Assembly: GCA_964016885.1 (NCBI GenBank) | Contig: OZ024742.1 | Location: forward strand, 130,572,001 to 130,636,000 | Direction of reading: 5' to 3' | From: Eledone cirrhosa | Lineage: Eukaryota | DNA: 64,000 nucleotides | Shown here: positions 1-15,317 of the stretch, piece after piece | Layout: each line of letters starts with the position of its first letter | How positions within the stretch are numbered: position 1 is the first letter of the stretch | Notes under the pieces: model-generated | Databases searched by the model: none | What the model saw: only the letters and a program-made list of their open reading frames with translations | What the model was told of the DNA's origin: nothing | Program-made: the position numbers and the translations under genes

Positions 1-1
1 T

Positions 2-37
<36 letters not shown>

Positions 38-98
38 TCCTTCTTTCTTTCTTTCTTTCTTTCTTTCCTTCTTTCTTTCTTTCTTTCTACCTTTCCTG

Positions 99-168
<70 letters not shown>

Positions 169-170
169 CT
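1..170. repeat. (TTTC)n microsatellite
   Basis: Direct reading of the tetranucleotide repeat. Confidence 0.97.
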
Positions 171-374
171 AATTTTCTTCGTTCTTCGTTTCTTCCTTCT
201 TCGTTTCTTTCTTTTCGTTTTTCCTTCTTTCCTTTCTATTATTCTTCCAATGTCTTTCCTCTGTTTTCTTTCTCATTTCTTCTTCCTCCAATTCTTTCTT
301 CCTTCCAAACAGAAGAAATGTTAAAATCAATCCTTTGAGATTTGAAAAACAAATTTCAAGTTTGTATTTTGTGT

Positions 375-1590
<1,216 letters not shown>

Positions 1591-1679
1591 TGTTTCTGTA
1601 CGTGTTCTTGCGTGTAAATCAATTTTCTTTTTTTTTCCGGTATTTTCTCATTGTTGCTGTTTTCGTTATCGGGAGTCTT

Positions 1680-1703
1680 GGTTGCTGTTATTGTTGTTGT
1701 TTC

Positions 1704-1740
<37 letters not shown>

Positions 1741-2062
1741 ATTGTTGTTGTCTCTGTTGTTGCTGTTATTGTTGTTGTTACTCCTAAAGTTCTTGTTGTT
1801 GTTGTTGCTGTTGTTATTGCTGTGTTTGTTGTTGTTGCTGTTGCTGTTGTTGCTGTTATTATGGCTGTTATTGCTGTTGTTGCTGTTGTTGCTGTTATTG
1901 TTGTTGTTGCTGTTGTTGTTGCTGTTGTTGTTGTTGTTGCTGTTGCTCTTCTTGTTTTTATTGTTGCTGTTATTGTTGTTGTTGTTGCTGTTGCTCTTCT
2001 TGTTTTTATTGTTGCTGTTATTGTTGTTGTGTTTATTATTGTTGTTATTGTTGTTTCTGTTA
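1680..2062. repeat. (GTT)n/(GCT)-variant trinucleotide repeat
   Basis: Direct reading. Confidence 0.95.
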
Positions 2063-2317
2063 TTACTTTCTTCTTGTCCGTTGTGTTTTCTTTTCTTTTC
2101 TTTTCTGGCTATGAATAATCGAAGTTATTTCGGGAGATAATCTTCCTTCTTGGATGTTATAATGGTTGTTATTACCGTTAGATGGCGTTAGTTTATACAT
2201 CGCACTAGCTGCTGGCCATAAATTTGATATTGCACTGTTCATCACTTTGCGTTCGTAAGCCTCTTCTCTGATCTACCTGCACTCCAATTCTCCTGGCATT
2301 CTGTTAATCTAGGAATA

Positions 2318-2630
2318 AACCTCCGTCGGTTTCGACGATGAGTGTTCCAATCGTTCAATCAACCGAACGGTATGTTCTTAAAATTAATGTACCAACCAAG
2401 GGAAATGGAATTCTTTCCTCCACCTTCACCCTCTGTATCTCTATCTCTATCTCTCTATCTCACTCATTCACTTTTGGACCTCCGTCGGTTCGAGTTAACG
2501 AAACGGCCTGCTCGTGAAATTAACAAGCAAGTCACTGAGCATTCTACTGATAGGTGTACTCTTAATTCTTTTGGTGGTTGAACATGACACTGTGCGTGTG
2601 ACAAGGCTTTCTCTTTGGATTACATGTACA
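2318..2630 (-). mobile_element. SINE body fragments, family with AACAGCCTGCTCGTGAAATTAAC...GGCTGAGCACTCCACAGACAC (related copies ~25990-26140, 46511-46690, 47540-47610)
   Basis: Four mutually similar dispersed copies in the window; resembles octopus tRNA-derived SINEs from memory. Confidence 0.7.
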
Positions 2631-2995
2631 GACCAGCAGCCCTTATATAAGAGGACGACCTACCCATTGGAGAATTTTCCTCCACGAAACCACCGTGGAA
2701 CGGGCCAAAACACATATTCCCCCCAATAAAAACACGAAATTCATTAGAATTTCACCAAATTAAAAAATGCATCTTCGGTCAAAGAAGGCATTGGGGCTTC
2801 ACAGTAGATGATTCAGCAGTGAGGGTAACAACTGAAATATGTAGCAGTCACGACTATCAACACCATTAACAAGATGAGGCAAACGACAGCAACAGTGACA
2901 ACAAAAACAATAACAACACACGCACACACATACACACACATACATACACACACATGCATACACACTCACACATACATACACACTCACACACATAC

Positions 2996-3042
<47 letters not shown>

Positions 3043-3202
3043 GGGAAGTAAGGTTCTATACAAAACAGTGGATATAGAGAAAAGGTGAAGTTGGAAATAG
3101 CACGGAAAATATATTTAAGGGTCTGTTTTTCTTTTTTTTATCCTTTCTTTGATTCGTCAAAGTGACATTATTGAAAAGAGGACATTATTGAAAGAATGAC
3201 AA

Positions 3203-3325
3203 CTTTACAATCTGAGTTCAAATCCCGCCGAGGTTGACTTTGCCTTTCATCCTTACGGGGTCGATAAAATAAAGTACCAGTAATGCACTGGGTAATTGCT
3301 GGCCGTGTGCCTAAAGTAGAAACAA
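3203..3325 (+). mobile_element. 5'-truncated tRNA-derived SINE (TTTGCCTTTCATCCTTACGGGGTCGATAAAATAAAGTACCAG family) with TSD
   Basis: Matches more than 12 other copies; flanked by the direct repeat ATTATTGAAAGAATGACA. Confidence 0.88.
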
Positions 3326-3741
3326 TTATTGAAAGAATGACATTATTGAAAAAATGAGAGGGCAATTCTTTTTATAAAAACTTTTAAAATGTATATAAAG
3401 TATATAAAGTATTTAAAGTATTACCGGTTTCGGTGTATTATTAAAATTCATCTTATCAAATGTTGAGTATTGAAATAAAAAATTAAAAAGGATTAATAGG
3501 AGTTAAAACTAAAAATTAAAGATTTAGCTATCTCTCTTTACGTTGCCTCACCATTCGTGTTTGTTTACCTGTCTCTCTTTCTCCACCCAACTCTTTTTAT
3601 CCCAATAACTTAATTTAGTTATTTTATCGCCCTAGCTTGAGGTATATGGTCTGTAATGCGATTTCTTCGCATTACCTATGATGGCTAGTAGACCACTGAT
3701 GACGGATATTACTGGCTTCTATTTCTAATTCTTCATTTATT

Positions 3742-3803
<62 letters not shown>

Positions 3804-3857
3804 CCGAGTCATTCAAAGCTGGTAATCCCTCTTCTATGTCGACAATAAGTAGTCGAG

Positions 3858-3990
3858 CCCGTAGCAGTGGAGACTTCTGGTGTCCTTGGCTCTAGGACCA
3901 CCTCCCTACCCACCATCACCGGCACTGAGTTGGTTACCCGCCGGTCAGAGCCTTGCGAGTTGGAATGACTCTTCCAACGCGGCTCCGCGA
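3858..3990 (+). mobile_element. CRE-clade-like non-LTR retrotransposon 3' fragment, decayed
   Basis: Homologous to 61410-61560 (GCAGTGGAGACTTCTGGTGTCC...GCGAGTTGGAATG..TTCCA.CGCG), which encodes AVETSGVLG...WLFQRVS. Confidence 0.65.
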
Positions 3991-4199
3991 GGCGGCCAGC
4001 GCTTGAGCTCTCATTTGCTTATAATAGTGAGAGATGGGGAGAGCGAGATAGACGGAGGTAGTAACTATACCAACATTGCTGAAGTATTTTGTAGTGTTAA
4101 AGGTTAAGTGATTTTACGATGAACAGGTAGATAACCATATATTTACAGTCGATCGACTTTCGTCAAATCGGACCGAGGACACAATGTTTCCATTGGTCA

Positions 4200-4362
4200 T
4201 TCCAATTGCTAATACTATCTATCAGTCGTAACTCCAGGTAGAAGGAGCAACGTGAAATAAAGTGTCTTACTCAAGGACATAATGCATCGCCCAGTCCGGG
4301 AATCGAACTCATAACCTCATGATTGCGAATCCAGTTCTCTAACCACTCAGCCACACGCCTTC
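4200..4362 (-). mobile_element. tRNA-derived SINE head (related copies ~16130-16335, 58200-58390)
   Basis: Reverse strand reads GGCGTGTGGCTGAGTGGTTAGA...GTTCGATTCCC...CCTTGAGTAAGACACTT, with A/B-box-like motifs. Confidence 0.7.
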
Positions 4363-4571
4363 ATATATACAAGGAATTAATAAATTAAATATTCTATTTT
4401 TAGAAATGTTGAGCGAACTCTACAATTGTTTTGGCATTCTGGCCCCTAAAGAGTTTCCGTCTTTCCCAGTTCATTCAGAAGGTATGGGCCGATCCGAGCC
4501 TATGGTAAATCACAGTTGCCCATGATGCCACGCAAAGAGTTCGAACCCAGGACCTTATGATTATGAAGCGA

Positions 4572-4638
<67 letters not shown>

Positions 4639-4639
4639 C

Positions 4640-4674
<35 letters not shown>

Positions 4675-4719
4675 GTCTGTCTATCTATCTATCTGTCTAT
4701 CTATCTGTCTGTCTATCTA

Positions 4720-4792
<73 letters not shown>

Positions 4793-4865
4793 ATGTATAT
4801 ATGTATATACACATGTACATATGTATATATATGTGTATATACATAGGTGCATATGTATGTATATG

Positions 4866-5216
4866 CGCGGGGACATAGAAATAGTCGGGCTGGACACCCG
4901 ATCGCGCGGTTAAACCACTGGGAGTGAAGGACCCCTAGCCTTTTTCAGGGCATTCTTCTAGGAGAAGGGAACTCAGGAAACTGGGATAACTCCGATATAA
5001 AACCTGCGGCTCAGTAGTTACCGATGATGTTGATCTTTTCTTCTTTTCAGGTTATAGCTACTGTCTCTCAGAGAGTGGGATTGGCTCAGTGCACAGTCTT
5101 TCCTCACTTAAAAAGATATCTTCACGCACAGGCATTGCACGATAGAATTAATTAATAATTATTAATAATGGTATATCGTGCAATGGCCATACTCGATAAC
5201 GAGGGGGAAGCCATCA
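4866..5216 (+). mobile_element. Non-autonomous RTE-derived element, sister family of 34878-35322/15318-15681
   Basis: Shares GACCCCT.AGCCTTT..CTAGGAGAAGG, GATGTTGA.CTT.TTC, GAGAGTGGGA.TGGC, CTTCACG.CACAGGCATTGC, and a 3' end GGCC.TACTCGA.AACGAG..G.AGCCA.C followed by ATGT. Confidence 0.7.
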
Positions 5217-5251
5217 TGTATATATGTATGTTTGTTTATCTATCTGTCTAC

Positions 5252-6083
5252 CTGGAGAAACTCTAGGCGTAGAGGAGGACGAACTGGCCAGTCTGTTCGG
5301 TAGGACCTTCCGCCCGGGACCAATGGACAACTTCCAAAAGTCCCTGGCCTGGCAGTGCTACCGAGGAGCTCTACCAGTTCGAGACAAGCTCTACAGACAC
5401 GGGCGCCCGGGTAGGGACCCTTCGAAAAAGATCTGTCCGAGATGCATGCGCGAGGAGGAAACCGTCGCACACGCATTTGTACACTGCACGGGCGTTACCG
5501 ACCTGTGGGGCTATGTAGAACGACTATTGACGCGGGTGGGACCAATCCAGTTGACCACCGAGTCCATTGTCATGATCAAACAGCCACCCTCCTTCAAAAA
5601 CGAGGGAGAGGCGGTTTTCCTATGTGTTATGGCTATGGTGAAAGAGGTTATATAGTGGACGAGGTTAAAAGGGTTGAGGTCAGACACCTTTCTCTCCGGC
5701 GAGCAACTGATTCGTTTTTTCAAATATCATTTTGGAAGAAGAATCAGGATGGAGAGAGAGAGGTGTTGTACCCCAGCAAATTTTATAAAAGGTGGGTGAA
5801 TGTGGGAAAGATGGCCCGAGTGGTTGGGCCTTCTATCTATATAAGCCTGTAGGTTGAGGAAAAAGAGGAAGAGAGGAAGGGAGTACTCACTCTTGGTGCT
5901 CCTGGAGATGAGGGTTGTACATTTTTTCGGGGTGTGTACAACCCCTGTGTAACGCCTCCCCCCTATTGGGGATTTCAATTGTTATTTGTTATATTATTAA
6001 TAGTTTTATTTTCATATACCTGTATGTAAACTCCCCATTTGTATTTGTCCCCTTCTTTTGTGCCCTTGTGGCTAATAAAGAAA
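5252..6083 (+). mobile_element. Tx1/L1-like LINE, 5'-truncated 3' fragment (zinc finger and 3' UTR)
   Basis: Encodes CPRCMREEETVAHAFVHC, nearly identical to 51890-52165. Ends AATAAAGAAA followed by (TATC)n and is preceded by TATCTATCT. Confidence 0.9.
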
Positions 6084-6109
6084 TTTATCTATCTATCTGA
6101 GATAGAGGA

Positions 6110-9060
6110 AGTTGTGTGCCAGTCACGCTGGTTAGCTTTTGTCATTTTACTTATAAAAAACAAAAATTATTGTTTTAAAAAATATACCACTGTATAGATT
6201 GACCCTCTGACTAAATTGTCAGTGGGTGGGTCATTGAAATTTTGATAAAAATTTATAACAAATTGTTTTAAGCATGAATGATAAAACTGAAGCGCTTCTC
6301 GCCATAAGTGGAAATGGGAGCGTTGAAATGAATGTCACTATGGCAACAGGAAGTAGTGACCGAGAAAAATCACACCAAAACAAAAGTATGGAAACACATA
6401 CGGCACAAAAAAATATTGAACAAGAAAAAAACACAACTTCACAAATGAACTCCACAACCACAAATCAAGCAACTGAGAACAACAAAAACAACAACAACAA
6501 CGACAACAACGACAACAACAACAACAGCAACCATAAAAAATCTTTTGCCACAATAAGCAAAGGAACTTTTACAAATATTGATATTTCCAATGCGAAGGAA
6601 ATGATCAATGAAGGAAAAAATATATTACCTTCGAGAAAAAAGGGAGATTTAAAATAACCTCAATATAATATCAAAGATTAGCGAAAAGGATAATATTTAT
6701 GCAGAACTGATGAGAAATCTGCAGATACTCCACCCTGATTACACCTTCAGATTTATGCCTGTGATTATTGGGGCACTGGGATATGTTAGTAACTGCCTCA
6801 ATACAAATCTTGAGAAGCTAGGCTTCACAGGAACAGAAAGAACACGACTAGTTATTACAAGTAAAACTTACAAGTACAATCCATTAATGGAACAGTAAAA
6901 ATATGTAAAACATTCCAAAGATTTTGCATCTAATAACTGCATATACACATATACAGATGCAAAGCATATACACATGCACACATACAACTCAAAACATACA
7001 CATCCACACATAAAGTCAAAGCCGACACTATGCGAAGGACTGTGATTTTTCGCACGATTTTGAACAAACAAAAAAACCGGCTTTCCTTACTCAAGGCGAA
7101 ATTGAAATCGGCAATGAAAGAGGCAATGCCGAAAACACAATACATACAAAGGGCTAAACTGTATGGAAGCATTTCGGTGCTCTTCAAAAACGAGGCCCTT
7201 GCCAAAAAATACTCAGTGACCCCGGTCACCTCTGCCACACACACCTTTTTCCCTACATACATGGGAAAAAGAACACAAAGAATAAACATCACCAATATAC
7301 CACCCAACATTAACATCTGGTGGATTCTGGCAGGTTTCTTGGAGGAAGATGAAGACACAAAACTGTCGATACAAAAATCCACAAAAAACACCTGGAACGG
7401 CACAAGTTTTGAAATTTTGGTCCAAATGAAACCGGACAGAATTTCCAAGATACCAGAAAGGGAGCACATCGCATTTAAAGGCCCCCTGTCCCCTCTTACG
7501 AACAAACACCACCACCCTCAAAAAAGTACTTTTACCAACAACAACTCCAAAACCACAACAACAACAACAACAATACACAAAACAAGCAAACACACAAAAA
7601 CAAACAACTGTTCAACCACAAACAACAGAAAAAACACAATCAATTCCCCTGAAAAACACAGTCCAACCCCATCCCACTCCATCCAACACTACCACAATCA
7701 CACACACAAACACACCATCACCACACAACATACCCCTCCCACACGCCCTTGATGACGATTCATCACCAGACGAGGCTACTTCTCCATCCCCAAGTGAACA
7801 TGAAAGAGAGCCTCGGAAATAAAACAAAACAAAAAAAAGAGACACCACAAAGCTACAAAAACAACAATCACCAACACAAACACACAACCACTAACACAAA
7901 TAACAACACAAACATTGCCACAATCACCCCCCCCCCCTTACCAGCAAAACAAACACCAACACCACCCCAAACACAAATGCCCACCATAAAAAGAAAACTA
8001 CAAAATGAACAACAAACAAAAACAACACAACAAAAAAACAAACAACAATACACATACATTAACACAAACAACAAAAACCTAATGGAGGCCATCTCCCAAG
8101 GCCCCAAAGTATAAACTGAGGGGAAAACTTTTGTAAAAGCAAACTCTCAACCACACCTAAAACTAATAAGGGTTTCGATAGAGACCTATCAGAAATTGAA
8201 AGAAAAGTTTTCACAGGACGTTGGCAACCCCTGCAAAAACCAATAAACCGTGTCCTGTTGAAATGTTTCCCCACCCCACTCAACACCCCCACCAGAACTG
8301 AAATGGAGATTGAACCCGATCTCCAGGAAACGAAAAGTAAGTGCACCTTTTCGTCCTTTTTGCCAACTCTTCTCCACCAACATGGCTGACTTACGAGTTG
8401 GAAGCGTGAATGTGCGTGGCCTAGGGATGCCCTGGAAACAGGGCCAACTTTTAAAGGATCTTAGGTCACACGGTATAGATGTAATAGCCAACACCGAGTC
8501 CAGGATCCACAACAGGCAGCAAGTAACCCCCATCTTCAATGACTTTGAGATCTACGCATCTCTCTGTCAGCCGGGAGGTGGAGGGGGAGTGACTGTCATG
8601 TTTCGGAAAAACCTGGATCTCGAAGTACAGCAAGTACACTTGGACCCGGAGGGTAGACTGGTAGTCCTAGACGTGAACAGTATTGGAGGTGGAGCCTTCA
8701 GACTGGTGGCCGTTTATGCCCCAACCGGGAAATCACAATAGCGGCCAGACTTCTTTAAGCGTCTGGAGTCTTTTCTGGGAACGTCTCGCTCCTTACTTTT
8801 AGTGGGGGACTGGAATGGTATCCTAGATGCACGATGGGACTATGTGGGAGAATGTCCCAGTAGAGGGGGGTGCAACAGCCTTTAATCGGCCAATTCCAAC
8901 TGGCCGATAGGTATCGACTAGATTTCCCGACTGCACCACAGTGGACGTGGGCAAACCGCAGCGGGACATCTAGATCGTATTTAGATAGGTTCTTCATTAG
9001 AGAAAGGGACAAGGAGATGTTAAGCTATCCACGAATGCACATGGTTGCCTATTCAGATCA
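6110..9060 (+). mobile_element. Tx1/L1-like LINE, 5' portion (ORF1 and APE endonuclease), disrupted and 3'-truncated
   Basis: ORF1 pieces 6274-6657 and 7030-7752 are homologous to 28811-30007. ORF2 starts ATG ~8382 with GSVNVRGL, LVAVYAP, VGDWN and WTW..YLDR motifs. Confidence 0.88.
6659..7012 (+). mobile_element. Internal R4/Dong-like fragment captured inside Tx1 ORF1
   Basis: Near-identical to ~22865-23208 (ELMRNLQILHPDY...CKTFQ plus part of the 3' UTR). Confidence 0.9.
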
Positions 9061-9454
9061 GGTGTGTAGACATGCAGTTGGTGGTTGTGTGTAGATGGGG
9101 TGCATATTACGTTGTGTGTGTGCGTGTGTTGTTGGTGGAAGCGTGTGTGTGTAAATGTTGTAAACATACGTCTGCGTATGCACTCAGCAATATACACACA
9201 AACATACATATATAAATGTGTTCACACGCCCACACGTGTATCTCTGTGTTCGCACTTCTGCATTTGTGTGTGTGTGTGTATGTTAGTATGTGTGTTTGGC
9301 AGTGTGTGGTTATTGGAGTATATTGTGAGGTTGCATGTATTGGTGTATGCGTGTGTGTGTATGCAGAAAGGGTTGTAACATGTTCTTACGCCGTATTTGA
9401 CTAAATAGAATTAGTCTGTTAGTTGGGATTAAAAAACAACACTATGAAGGGGGA

Positions 9455-9543
9455 AAAAAATGAGGAGTATTGACGTACATGGGACACGAACCCAAATCTT
9501 TGGTTTACCGGACCTATGTGTTACCATTACACCAACATGCCAG
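9455..9543 (-). mobile_element. Decayed tRNA-like element head (similar heads ~45675-45760 -, ~48395-48470 +, ~61750-61825 +)
   Basis: Reverse strand GGCATGTTGGTGTAATGGTAACAC...GGGTTCGTGTCCC; the cloverleaf is imperfect. Confidence 0.45.
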
Positions 9544-9605
9544 GATGGCATATATAACTACCAGGGTTGCTATCACTAAAGTCATTTGTAAAATCTACCA
9601 GAAGA

Positions 9606-9723
9606 AGTAAATATGCGCCGAGTGACGTCTTCTGTGATATCATAATCACAGTTATGCATAACTCAGTAAATATGCGTCGAGTGACGTCTTATGTGATATC
9701 ATAATCACAGTTATGTGTAACTC
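9606..9723. repeat. 59-bp tandem duplication
   Basis: AGTAAATATGCG.CGAGTGACGTCTT.TGTGATATCATAATCACAGTTATG..TAACTC occurs twice. Confidence 0.92.
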
Positions 9724-9789
9724 TTATGAAACAAACGAAACATCATATCGGCAACAGGTGTAGGGAAAATATAGAGATGTAACTTCATC

Positions 9790-10975
9790 TGTTTATATTA
9801 CGAAATATGCGCCTCTGATAGGGTTGTTTCGGGATAGCAACCCGTCGGCCGCGGTTTTTGTGCACGGCTGTCCGATCGGGGCCTGTGACAGCTGGTCGAC
9901 GGAGGCCGAGGCAGAGCTGGACGTTCTGGGGGTTGGAAGCGGCGCGTTCCGCAGATTCATCTGTTGGCGCACGCTGCTCCACACTTTGGAAATGTTGCGA
10001 GATTGATCGACCGACCACCGTCCCGTCGATGGCGTCTACCTCGCTGCGAACGCATCCTTCCCGAGTTCACCCACAACGCCCACCGGTCGAGTGTCGGCCG
10101 GGAGACTCCAGGCGCTTCCGGGACGGTTTCCCGCTCTTTGTTTTAGGCCTCTAACACAGCCTCGTCGATGGCGCCCCCACAGTGACCGCGTCCGGCTCGA
10201 GCTCGCCCGCGATGCCTCGCTTTCGTGTGTCGGCCGGCGTGTTCCTGGTGGCTGGGCGCCTACGAGGCGGTGTCCTGATTTTTATTTTAGTTCTCATTCA
10301 CAGCCTCGTCGATGACAACGGCTCCGCTTTGGACGTGTCCGGCCTGGCCTTTGGCCCATAACGCCTCGCTGGTTCGAGGGCCGGCCGGAACGCCTCGGGC
10401 GAGGGATTGCCTCCGAGGTGTGACCCGATTTTTGTTTTAGACCCTCGACCCCGTCTCGTGTATGGCGACCGCCCAGCGGCGATCGTTTCCTGCTTGGAGC
10501 TCCGTCCGCGAATTCTTTGCGGGCTTGAGACTCAGCGGGAACGGTCCTGGCGTGGGCTAGCCTCCGAAGCGGGGGCATAACGCGACGTCGCCCTGGCATG
10601 CCCTTTCTCTAGGATCGGTGGACTTCTCTCCGGGCGTACTAAACCGCGTTAACTGGCTTGGATTACCGATTTAGACCGGGGCCTTTGCCGCTCTCCGGAC
10701 AAGTCTCAGTCGTTGCCCGATGACTCTGACTTGTTGACAATGTCGAACGCGGGCTCGGATTGGGAGCTGGACACCGCAGAAGAGGTCTGCCATCCGTCCG
10801 AGCGGAGATGTTGTCTCCGGGTGTCAGAAGCCCTCATGTCCGACGGGTCTGCGCTCGATATCCCTCAACTCGGAAGCCTTCAGTTACGAGTAGTTTCCAG
10901 ACGGCCGCTGCTACGCGGGGACAGGGGTTTTCCGCATCCGTTGATGTCGTCATTATTTGACGAGGTTTAGTGTCT
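9790..10975. other. GC/CpG-rich island with diverged ~145-bp subrepeats, identity unknown
   Basis: Abrupt compositional shift; the motif TTTTAG...CACAGCCTCGTCGATG recurs near 10140, 10285 and 10432. Confidence 0.7.
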
Positions 10976-11078
10976 CTCCACGCAAAAGAGATAAAGTTAA
11001 CTTTAATTAGTCGACTCAGATTATATCATTATCACTGTACTCTGCACCACAGTATACATGTCTTATATCAGATATATA

Positions 11079-11404
11079 CAATGTATCCTCGGCATTCGCG
11101 GTACCGGTTATTCACGAAATTTTCCAGAGAACCTCACTCATAATTGTTCGTGGGAAATCACCGCATATTCGCGGAATCGTAAATATCTTCCGCGAATTTT
11201 TATGGCTTTTTTTCGTGGCAATATATATTTTCACGCCTTTAAAAGCCAAATTATTAATAACAATATACCGTATTTGTCGGCCTATATTTTATGTTATGTT
11301 TTGACGTTTATAGGTATTTTTATGGACCACGTCCGATATTCGCGGATTTCCACTCTTCGCAGGTGCTCTAGGAAATAACCCCCGCGAATACCGGGGGACA
11401 ACTA
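11079..11404. mobile_element. pogo/Tigger-like (Tc1-mariner superfamily) MITE
   Basis: Imperfect TIRs CAATGTATCCTCGGCATTCGCGG and CCGCGAATACCGGGGGACAACTA with TA flanks, and internal repeats of TATTCGCGGA. Confidence 0.72.
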
Positions 11405-11524
11405 TATATGCATGAGGACTTATTCCGACCAAACCGACAGAATATATCAATCAGGGAAGACGCATTTCACATGGTTAGTGCAAAAATATATTGAGTCATT
11501 CTGTCAAGGAACATACATACATAC

Positions 11525-11900
11525 ATGTAGGAGAACCCCTACCGATGCGCTGAACGAGTGTGACTTTTTAGTCCAGCCAGCGACTTGAAAACTCTGGTAC
11601 AAACACTACACTTGTGACAATTATTAACACATAGTAGATAAGCTGGGCCCATTGTACCATGTGACGACAAGTGCAGAGAGATCTCCAGATATAAAGCAAT
11701 GCCTGTGCCGTGAAACTTTTATAGTGAGCAAAGGCACTGCACAAAAGCGAGTCCCACTCTCTTAACCAAGATGATATTTACCAAAAAGAAGAACAAGTCA
11801 ACATCATTGGATACCATCAGGGTTGCAGGTGTTATATCAGGGTTTTCCTTCTCCTAGACAAAATTTCTGCCTTGACAAAGGCTAAGGGGTCATCTCTCCC
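11525..11900 (-). mobile_element. Bipartite non-autonomous RTE derivative in (TACA)n
   Basis: Reverse complement of the 15318-15640 and 35035-35322 sequence. Confidence 0.88.
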
Positions 11901-13762
<1,862 letters not shown>

Positions 13763-14386
13763 TTCTGGTTTTATAATTTCACAACGTTTTACCAATAGTG
13801 AGAGAGTCGGTTTCTAACATAGACACAAGACTTTCTCATTGGAATTTACACAACACCAACTAGGTTGATTATGTATGTATGCCTGCATGTGTAGATATGG
13901 ATGTTATTGTATGTGTGGATGTATATGCTTTGCATCTGTATATGTGTATATGCAGTTATTAAATGCAAAATCTTTGGAATGTTTTACATATTTTTACTGT
14001 TCCATTAATGGATTGTACTTGTAATTTCCTAACTAGTTGTGTTCTTTCTGTTCCTGTGAAGCCTAGCTTCTCAAGATTTGTATTGAGGCAGTTACTAACA
14101 TACCCCAGTGCCTCAACAATCACAGGCATAAATCTGAAGGTGTAATCAGGGTGGAGTATCTGCAGATTTCTCATCAGTTCTGCATAAATATTCTCCTTTT
14201 CGCTAATCTTTGATATTATATTGGCATCTGCTGGGCAGCTAATTTCCACTACTGTGCATGTTTTCTTCTCTCTGTCCCATATCATAATATCTGGTCTGTT
14301 ATGCCTGCATTTTATTGGGGTTTTTACTGGAACATTCCACCAGTACTCTTTCATATTATGTACATGGATGTAATCCACATTGATGT
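13763..14386 (-). mobile_element. R4/Dong-like LINE, 5'-truncated copy (RLE domain and 3' UTR)
   Basis: Encodes KEYWWNVPVKT..RPDIMIWD..VVEISCP, near-identical to 22700-23358, and sits in TATG/TGTG repeats. Confidence 0.93.
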
Positions 14387-14749
14387 GTATGTATGTGTGT
14401 GTGTATGTATGAATGTGTGTATGTATGTATGTGTGTGTGTATGCATGAATTGATGTAAGTATGTGTATGTACGTGTGTATGTGTATGTATGTATTCGTGT
14501 ATGTATGTATGTATGTATGTATGTATGTATGTATGTATGTATGTATGTATGTATGTATGTGTGTGTGTGTATGTATGAATGTATGTATGTAAGTGAGTGT
14601 ATGTATGTGTGTATGTGTATGTATGTATGTATGTATGTATGTATGTATGTATGTATGCATATATGTATGAATGTATGTATGTATGTATATATGTATGTAT
14701 GCATGTATGTGTGTATGTATATATGTATGTATGCATGTATGTATGTATG

Positions 14750-15236
14750 TTATCTCTTCCTCTTAATTTCGAGTATATTTTTTTGACCGGCCACCTTCCT
14801 GGTGGCAAGGTTGTAAAAGAAAAGTAATTGTCATCCCTTGAATCGCAAGAATGTTTTACAAGTTTGGAAGGTGCCAGCTATCGCAGCCATTTGTAGACTA
14901 TGAATGAGGGAGCTGCGCTCTTTGTCCGCAAATCCAAGTTCAGTCATACTTTGGTCCAAGCAGGTTGGTATATAACCCGTAGCTCCAATAATGATGGCTA
15001 TGAAGCTAAAGGTGTATCTTGGATACTGGATTTGTAAACTCCTCATCAATGGTCCGTCGATGTCCTCCTCCTGTATTTTTCTGACAACGTTTACATCAAG
15101 AGGGCAGCTGATCTCCACAACAGAACACGTTTTCAATGTGTGGTCCCAAACAACAATATCAGGCCGGTTGTGCTTTAATTTGGTGGCAGTTTTTATTTTC
15201 AGGTTCCACCAGTATTCCTTAGTGCCATCTGTCTCA
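14750..15236 (-). mobile_element. Second, divergent R4/Dong-like family, 5'-truncated
   Basis: Encodes KEYWWNLKIKT..HNRPDIVVWD..SVVEISCPLDVNV..CKTFLRF with a different 3' UTR; flanked by (TATG)n on both sides. Confidence 0.88.
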
Positions 15237-15317
15237 TGTATGTATGTATGTATGTATGTATGTATGTATGTATGTATGTATGTATGTATGTATGTATGTA
15301 TGTATGTATGTATGTAT

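Noticed and set aside
3415-3720. Hammerhead at CTGATGA (~3696) and GAAACCGGTA (~3421-3431, -)
   Set aside because: The two half-cores are on opposite strands and each lacks its partner; at most a very decayed Penelope-like end.
9455-9543. Functional tRNA genes (also ~45700, ~48420, ~61780)
   Set aside because: A/B-box-like motifs are present but the stems do not pair into a cloverleaf.
9790-10975. rRNA gene or protein-coding gene in the GC island
   Set aside because: I recognise no conserved 18S/5.8S/28S core motif, and all frames are short or interrupted.
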